Shown piece by piece: positions 35,641 to 42,598 of a DNA stretch of 42,598 nucleotides (position 1 is the first letter of the stretch; each line of letters begins with the position of its first letter). The notes beneath the pieces are model-generated. The model did no database searches. It was not told the DNA's origin and saw only the letters and a list, made by a program, of their open reading frames with translations. Source of the stretch: Octopus bimaculoides (lineage: Eukaryota). The stretch is taken from positions 157,658,735 to 157,701,332 of the forward strand of contig NC_068983.1 in NCBI RefSeq assembly GCF_001194135.2, given 5' to 3'. Position numbers and translations under genes: made by a program.

Positions 35641-35830
35641 CATCATCATCATCATCGTTTAACGTCCGCTTTCCATGCTAGCATGGGTTGGACGATTTGA
35701 CTGAGGACTGGTGAAACCGGATGGCAACACCAGGCTCCAGTCTGATTTGGCAGAGTTTCTACAGCTGGATGCCCTTCCTAACGCCAACCACTCAGAGAGT
35801 GTAGTGGGTGCTTTTACGTGTCACTCGCAC
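35641..35830 (-). mobile_element. Young RTE-type tail
   Basis: Differs from 3035-3225 at only a few positions. Confidence 0.9.
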
Positions 35831-35859
35831 ATGCGCATAAATTCAATTCCGTGAAATAT

Positions 35860-36260
35860 TCACTCTTTTACATGTTTCAGTTATTTGACTGAGGCCATAC
35901 TGGAGCACCATCTTTAGTTGAACAAATCGACTCCAGGACTTATTCTTTGTAAGCCTAGTACTTATTCTATCGGTCTCTTTTTGTTGAACTGCTAAATTTC
36001 AAGGACATAAACACACCAACATTAGTTGTCAAGCAATGGTGGAGGGACATACACAGACACACACATATAGATAGATATGCATATATATATATATTCACAA
36101 TGGGCTTCTTTCAGTTTCCTTATACCAAATCCACTCATGAAGCTTTGGTTGGCATGAAGCTATAGTAGAAGACCCTTGTCCAAGGTGCCACGCAATGGGA
36201 CTGAATCCAGAACCATGTGGTTGGGAAGCAAGCTTCTTACCACACAACCACACCTGCCCC
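35860..36260 (-). mobile_element. Near full-length family A SINE
   Basis: Tail (CTCTTTTACATGTTTCAG...), CA/TA tract, and head (...GGGAAGCAAGCTTCTTACCACACAACCACACCTGCCCC). Confidence 0.85.
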
Positions 36261-36892
36261 TAAATATACAGGATATATTTTTTTTGCTTATGGGAAAAAA
36301 AGAGTGAATTTTATAGTCTTAAGTCTATAAAATTGTGCATAAAGTATATAAAATGAATTAAGTAATCATCATATTCCAATTTCTTTCACTTTCCAATGAG
36401 TAGCAGATAAGCAACTACCTTTCCATACAGACACAACACAGGCTTTGTTTTCAGGATTTTTGGATAAAGTTTTAAGAAATAACCCAATAGGTTTACCATA
36501 AATTCCGTTAAATATTCATGGGTCCCGATAGTTCTTATTAACATAGTTATAATTCTTAACAATATTCTAATCTATAATGTTTATAAGAAGCTAAACATGA
36601 TGACTTTACTTAATAGAGATGAAAAATCACTTCATAACATTGATATCCTGAATATGATTATATAGTCTTCATTTTTATCACAGCTTTTCTTGTTTTCCCA
36701 CTTGATTATCTTTGATACAATTTGACTTTTGCTAGATACTCTATTTGAAAATAAAACCTTTAAATAGTACCTCTATAAATAATGAGTTATAAAAGAAACA
36801 CTATAAAAAAAAAAGATAATTCTTTCTTGAGCTTTTATCAAATCATAAAAGAATATCATCACTGTTTTTATATAATTAATATGAGTTAAGAG

Positions 36893-37082
36893 GAAGGCAG
36901 TGAGCTAACCGAATCATTAGCACACCAAGCGACATTTCATCTGTCATCACACTCTGATTTCAAATTCTGTCCAGAGATCGACTTTGCCTTTCATCTTTTG
37001 GGGATTGATAAAATAAGTACCAGTTGAACACTGGGGTTGATGTGATCAACTTAACCCCTCCCCACGAAATTGCTAGCCTTAC
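36893..37082 (+). mobile_element. Deu/Nin-core SINE
   Basis: GGCAGTGAGCT...GAATCATTAGCAC head and GATCGACTTTGCCTTTCATCTTTTGGGGATTGATAAAATAAGTACCAG core. Confidence 0.75.
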
Positions 37083-37374
37083 AATATGGACATTTCTCCA
37101 TATTTCCCTTGTATTTCCTATGTTTCACCACCAGGCATTTCTTATAAAGAGAAACAAAGGTAACAGTTTCTTTAACTTCTTCCATACACCTTGCACTTTC
37201 GGCTAATGTTTACATTAATTCCACAGCTTTAGCTTATGCACCCCCACTCACCCTGCCTTATCCAGATACTTCAAGGTCTTAGATTTTTATGTTTACTTTT
37301 AGTCCTTTTGTAATTCCTCAACAGATTCCACAATGAGAATCAGGTTGTGAGCATTTCAAGGAACCTTTCATTAA

Positions 37375-37490
37375 TGCGGATAGGCGCAAGCATGACTTGC
37401 ACCCCAAGTCATCTAGTTTCAGGTTCTGTCCCACTGTGCAGCATCTTGGACAAGATGCCTTTTAACTAGTGAGTGGATTTGTGGACGGAA

Positions 37491-37543
<53 letters not shown>

Positions 37544-37775
37544 CTTTGTCTTGACATCACGTAATGGTTGTGAACGAACATCCTATCATACAAGTGGTGT
37601 TGCTCACTTCCAGTCTTCCGTAAAAGAACATGTCCAACAATGGGAAATACTACCTTGTTTTGTAACAGGTGAGGTTTGGTGTCAGGAAGGGCATCTGGCC
37701 TTAGAAAATCTGCCTCAATGAATTCGGTCTGGTCCAAGCAAACATGGAACAGTGACAGTTCAAGGATGATCCTGC
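37375..37775 (+). mobile_element. Family B SINE with (GT)n
   Basis: GGCGCAAGCATG head, (GT)n at ~37498-37541, tail with CAGGAAGGGCATCTGGCC...AAACATGGAAC...GATGAT. Confidence 0.75.
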
Positions 37776-38528
37776 TTTAAGCACCTTGATACATGGCTTG
37801 AACTGTTCTCACAAAATATTTATCTACAACCAGCTTTCTCATTGCTGCCAATCTAGAGAGGATGGAATTCTGCAAAAGGTATTTTCAATTAAAAACCTAG
37901 AATACAGAAATGGCAAAACCTTTCTAGAAAATGGAGACATGAAATTTATAAACTCTTTGCAAACATACCAGAAGATCTAAACTAATTTACAATAAAATGT
38001 TTATCTTGTGTGAAATGAAGATATTTGGTAATTTTTTTTGAGGTTAATGAAAGGAAAATATAAATTTTATGGGAATTTTAGATAAAAAAGCAAATTAATT
38101 TCATAAAAGTTTTTAAATATTTAAAAGTGCAAGTGGAAGTTTACATATCCATCTTTTATACATTATTATTGAAGCAAAAAAAAAAAAGCATTTCATTTCA
38201 AGATATTCTGGCAAATTGTTGGTAGTGCTTAGTCCCAGGTCAGCCTTGAGTGATAAAGCTGACATATGATCAAAAGACTTCCAGACATGACCATCCTGTC
38301 TTTCAGGCATTGCGTACACTAGATTACATTGTCCAGTGTATCATTTTTAAAAAAATGAGTCATGTAAAAGAAATCTGACTGCTATTTCCAGTAGACCACA
38401 CAGAGGTGCACCTGTTTTTGGTTCCTTGGTGGAAGTAGATGCAGAAGGTGTAAAGAAGGAAGAAATAATTGGATTACACCTGAGAGTTCTTCAAAAGAGA
38501 CTTGTCACCTTTCTTAATTGACATGGTT

Positions 38529-38551
38529 TCATTTTTCTGTACGCATTCTCT
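38529..38551 (-). CDS. Candidate terminal coding exon of the minus-strand coiled-coil gene (ERMRTEK*)
   Basis: Acceptor TTTTTCATTTACTTCAG; phase-1 entry matches the upstream exon; stop TGA at 38531-38529. Confidence 0.4.
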
Positions 38552-38984
38552 CTGAAGTAAATGAAAAACAATACATATTTGATGTTAATGTTATAAATAC
38601 AGAATCTGCATCTATAAAATTAATTTAGATTGAAATAGTTTTAACTATTACTCCATATGATTAAAATGTTTTAACAATAGTATGAGTTAAGCATGAAGTA
38701 AAAATGATGATTATCAGAGTTTAATTCAATATTATATTCACGAAGCTTCAAATTCTGAATATGTAAAACTTAAACCTTATGATCAACAAAATAATTTTCT
38801 TAATCATTTATTTTTCTAAGTAAGGTGTGAAATCTTAAGATTTTATGAGAAATCAATGACAAATTTTGTGCTTTATGCCTTTCTCCAAAGTATTAGCAAT
38901 ACAAATGAAAAGAAATGGCTCCAATTTATAGAATGCATCACCATTAATTATAACTTATATTAAGTGGGTAAATGATGATGATAA

Positions 38985-39420
38985 TCATCATTTAATGTCT
39001 GTTGTCCATGCTGGCATGGGTTGGACAGTTTGACTGAGTTGGTATGCTGGAAGGCTGCAGTATGATTTGGCATAGTTTTCTATGGCTGGATGTTCTTCCT
39101 AACACCAACCACTCCGAGAGTGTAATGGGTGCTTTTATGTGCCACTGGTATGAGTGCCATTTGCTTGACACCGGTATCTGCCATGGCTGTGATTTTGCTC
39201 GGCTTGATGGGTCTTCTTCTCAAGCATGACATAATGTCAAACGTCTTGGTCATTGCCTCCATGAGGCCCAACACTCAAAAGAAGCTCGACCACTTTGTCA
39301 CCATGAGGCCCCGTGCTCAAAAGGAACTCAACCACTTTGCCTTCACGAGGCCCAACGTTCAAAAGGAACTCAGCCACTTCACTTCCGTCAGGCCCAATGC
39401 TCGAAAGGAACTCAGCCATA
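38985..39420 (-). mobile_element. RTE-type LINE 3' end with a 42-bp tandem array
   Basis: (CAT)n tail motifs at 38985-39140; (G/C)AGGCCC recurs at 39263, 39305, 39347 and 39389. Confidence 0.8.
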
Positions 39421-39491
39421 ACTGGAAAAAGAAAATTAGAATTATTTATTCCAATAGCCCTAGATATTTAAGAAAGAAATAGAGATCTTAC

Positions 39492-39576
39492 CTTCATGAC
39501 TATGTAGTAATAATTCTAATTCTTTTACTCTGTTTTTTAGACAGGCAATCTCTCTCTTTTGCTCTCTGATAATATC
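39492..39576 (-). CDS. Coiled-coil coding exon of an unidentified gene (DIIREQKREIACLKNRVKELELLLHSHE)
   Basis: Acceptor TTTTTTCTTGTTCCTATTGTTAG, donor GAAG|GTAAGA, 85 nt open frame with a clear heptad pattern. Confidence 0.75.
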
Positions 39577-39663
39577 CTAACAATAGGAACAAGAAAAAAT
39601 AAAATAAGTAAGCAATTATACAAATGAAACTTTGAAAATTACACTTCAGACTATATTAGGGTT

Positions 39664-40563
39664 ATACAAAGTGGTATCAAAAGGTTTTCAGGCTAATAAA
39701 AAATAACTTATTTACCGAAGTTTTAACATCATCACCTTCGAAAGAGTCCCCTTGTACAGCAATACACTGGTCCCAGCATTCCTGCTAGTTTTGGAATCCA
39801 GCCCGAAAGTTACTTTCCATAAGCGAGTCAAGAACCTTCTGCAATTCACTCTGGATCTCAATAACGGTGTTAAAATGGCAACCTCTGCCTTTTCATCTTG
39901 GAGAAGAGATAAAAGACCGCAGGTGCTAAATCTGGTAAATAGTGCAAGTGTGGAAGGGGTACTATGTTGTTTTTGGTGAGAAACTCAAAAGTGAGGAGAG
40001 CTTGGTGACAGGGTGCATTGTTGTGAAGAATCCAACTCTTCGCACTCCACAGATCTGGTCACTTTCACTGAATGTCCTCCGTCAAACACTTCAAAACATC
40101 ACAGTAGAACTCTCGAGTGACGATTTAGCCTTGGGGGATGAATTCTTGATACACAATAGCACATTTCCAGGGGTGATGATCATGGCGGTTCTTCTAGATC
40201 ACTCATCATCTTTCAGAGACATTCTTCTGCTTTTGAGGCACCTGTGCCACTTGAAACATTGCATATGACCCATTGCTGTAAGCTTGCCGAAGCATGTTCA
40301 AAGTCTCTGTAGCAGACTTCCCAAATTTAATGCCAAATTTCACGTTCGCTCTTTTTTTCTGTCCATGACAAAATTGCAGACTACTACATACGCGTGATCG
40401 CAAAAATACAAATTTCACAACTTGCAAAGTAAACACAGCAGTGTCACTTGGTACACTGCCTCATGAAGGTCACTGCTAGCTCTCACCACGCATGCAATTG
40501 TGTACTGCCATCTGTCGGTATGCTACAGAACTAGTCTAGGAACATTTTGACACCAACTTCATA
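39664..40563 (-). mobile_element. Internally deleted mariner (~0.9 kb) in an intron of the minus-strand gene
   Basis: Imperfect TIRs TACAAAGTGGTATCAAAAGGTTTTCAGGCTA versus reverse-complemented TATGAAGTTGGTGTCAAAATGTTCCTAGACTA; HTH remnant RANVKFGIKFGKSATETLNMLRQAY. Confidence 0.85.
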
Positions 40564-40967
40564 TATGTCTGCCGCAAGAATATTTGGTAGTCCCAAAACA
40601 CCCAGAAATTGAACCCAGATCATTGTATCAAATGCAAAATCAACTAAACAACACAACAGTGATTTGCTCAATTATTGATGATATAACTAAAAAATTGCCC
40701 ATTTAGATGTTTGGTGAAACAAAATCTTAATTTCATCTTTGGCACACTTTTTCTGATAAGGACACCAGACATATATTTAGTGTGTTTTAGCCACTAGCCA
40801 GCAGAACCCGTAAGCAGCAGTGACACATGCTTAGCTATAGCACCAAAGCCAATGGATGGTGACAGTAATGATGATGATAGCTAAATCAACAAGCTGCTAA
40901 AATCACATGACGATAGATACTGTTGTTTTTGACTGCAACATCTCATACAAACTTTGAATTATCTCAC

Positions 40968-41020
40968 TTGGTATAAGCATCTCTTCTTTGTTGCTTGTAG
41001 CAGTGACAATAGAAAGTTTG
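40968..41020 (-). CDS. Candidate coding exon of the minus-strand gene (TNFLLSLLQATKKRCLYQ)
   Basis: Acceptor TATTCTTATCATTAG, donor CAA|GTGAGA, 53 nt; phase 1 in and phase 0 out match both neighbours. Confidence 0.55.
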
Positions 41021-41100
41021 CTAATGATAAGAATACATTTTTTTGCATTTAAAATCTCAATGAAATTTGTGTTCTTTCCATTGACTTAACACAACCAAAT

Positions 41101-41539
41101 CATCATCATCATCATCATCGTCATCATCGTTTAACGTCCGCTTTCCATGCTAGCATGGGTTGGACGACTTGACTGAGGACTGGTGAAACCGGATGGCAAC
41201 ACCAGGCTCCAGTCTAATTTGGCAGAGTTTCTACAGCTGGATGCCCTTCCTAACGCCAACAACTCCGAGAGTGTAGTGGGTGCTTTTACGTGTCACCTGC
41301 ACGAAGGCCAGTCAGGCGATACTGGCAACAGCCACGCTCGAAATGGTGTCTTTTATGTGCCACCCGCACAAGCCAGTCCAGGGGCACTGGCAACGATCTC
41401 GCTTGAAAATCCTACGGAGGCCAGTCAGGCGATACTGGCAACAGCCACGCTCAAAATGGTGCATCTTATGTGCCACCCGCACAAGAGCCAGTCCAGGGGC
41501 ACTGGCAATGATCTCGCTCGAAAATCCTATGGAGGCCAG
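41101..41539 (-). mobile_element. Young RTE-type tail with two ~112-bp tandem units
   Basis: Near-identical to the 3033 copy in the tail; two GCCAGTCAGGCGATACTGGCAAC...GCCAGTCCAGGGGCACTGGCAA units. Confidence 0.9.
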
Positions 41540-41685
41540 ATGATTACAGAAAATCAGAAATGTCTTATCATAGCATGTTTTAAATTCTCTGGTTAGTATT
41601 CAGTGTAACTGATGTACATCATATCTAAAATAGATATATAATACATCCTTATAATTTTTCTGTTTGTTTATCTATTGCAGCTTAC

Positions 41686-41757
41686 TGTAAGTAGTAAAAT
41701 TAATGTAACACAGTTTTTGTCCTTTGGTTGCAACTGCTATTTCCTGTTTGTTTACCC
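41686..41757 (-). CDS. Candidate coding exon of the minus-strand gene (VNKQEIAVATKGQKLCYINFTTY)
   Basis: Acceptor CCATTTTTCATACTTTCTAG, donor ACA|GTAAGC, 72 nt symmetric phase 1-1 open frame. Confidence 0.5.
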
Positions 41758-42243
41758 CTAGAAAGTATGAAAAATGGCTAATATTTCCTTCAAACTTTGC
41801 TTTTGTCATATTTATTAAATCCTCAAAGAATCCCTTTTAGCATGGCTATGATGCTTCCCAACTACTCCTGCTCAAGTGGTTAAGATCAAGCAACTGACAA
41901 GCAAATCTATGGTATTGAGCAGAATATTTGCTATAACGATATTTCTGCCTCAGCAACTCTGCACTGAATCTGTCTGAAATGTAATGGAAAATGGGTCAGT
42001 TTCAAAATGTTTATGTCCAGATCACAAAAGTCTGAAGGGAATAGTAATCATTTCCTTTGATTTCTAGATAGAAGCAAATAGTAAATAATACTTACTGACC
42101 AGACAAAAAAGAAAAGAAAGAATTGTTACAGTGTTATGCTGCACACGATATATAATTGAACAGGAATAAAGGATGGCAGTTAAAGATTTCTTTTTGTATT
42201 TATACAATTACTCCATGCAGAGGAAATTGTTAAATTTTTTTAC

Positions 42244-42598
42244 AAGACCCAGCTCTTACAACATTACGACTGGGTGTTGAGGCAGTTACTCAACAACTCA
42301 AATGTGGACGTAATATACCTTGATTTTGCAAAAGCTTTTGACAAAGTGGATCATGGTGTGATATGCCACAAACTGCGTGATCTTGGCATAGCTGGAAAAC
42401 TTGGAGAGTGGTTACATGACTTTCTGAAAGATAGAAGTCAGGCAGTAGTGGCTAATGGAGCCACCTCTATGAAAATACAAATAATGAGCGGTGTTCCACA
42501 GGGCACTGTCTTGGGACCATTGCTTTTTATAGTCGCTCTCTCAGATATGCCTTCAAGTGCCCGGATAGTCACTCTTGCAAGCTACGCAGATGATACAA
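42244..42598 (+). mobile_element. CR1-like LINE reverse transcriptase fragment, open frame running off the window
   Basis: 42247-42597: TQLLQHYDWV...VDVIYLDFAKAFDKVDHG...KL...G...W...FL.DRSQ.V...SGVPQGTVLGPLLF...SYADDT, 117 codons with no stop. Missing from the ORF track because it has no stop codon in the window. Confidence 0.92.

Noticed and set aside
41681-41686. Apparent + strand 6-nt microexon (TTGCAG|CTTACT|GTAAGT)
   Set aside because: CTTACTGTAAG is a quasi-palindrome and is more simply the minus-strand donor of the 41757-41686 exon; no + strand host gene is evident.

Overview
AT-rich, repeat-dense animal genomic DNA with five N gaps. The repeat repertoire suggests an octopus (inference, no database search). 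The main gene is a + strand ZNF532/ZNF592/ZNF687-family zinc-finger gene. Its 1667-aa CDS (12258-17261) lies in one exon, a probable first exon ends at 5914, and an upstream ORF stops on the start codon itself (TAATG). A second gene, absent from the ORF track, converges from the right on the - strand as four short phase-compatible exons (41757-38529) ending in a coiled coil. The rest is mostly mobile DNA: RTE-type LINE 3' ends with (GAT)n tails, tRNA-derived SINEs, two tandem R4/Dong-like RLE LINE fragments in (TAA)n tracts, three decayed mariners and an open CR1-like RT fragment. The most unusual structure is a Penelope-like fragment (19073-19586) combining a GIY-YIG C-terminus, an internal tRNA-like Pol III promoter, a decayed minimal hammerhead ribozyme and a 20-bp inverted repeat near its ends.
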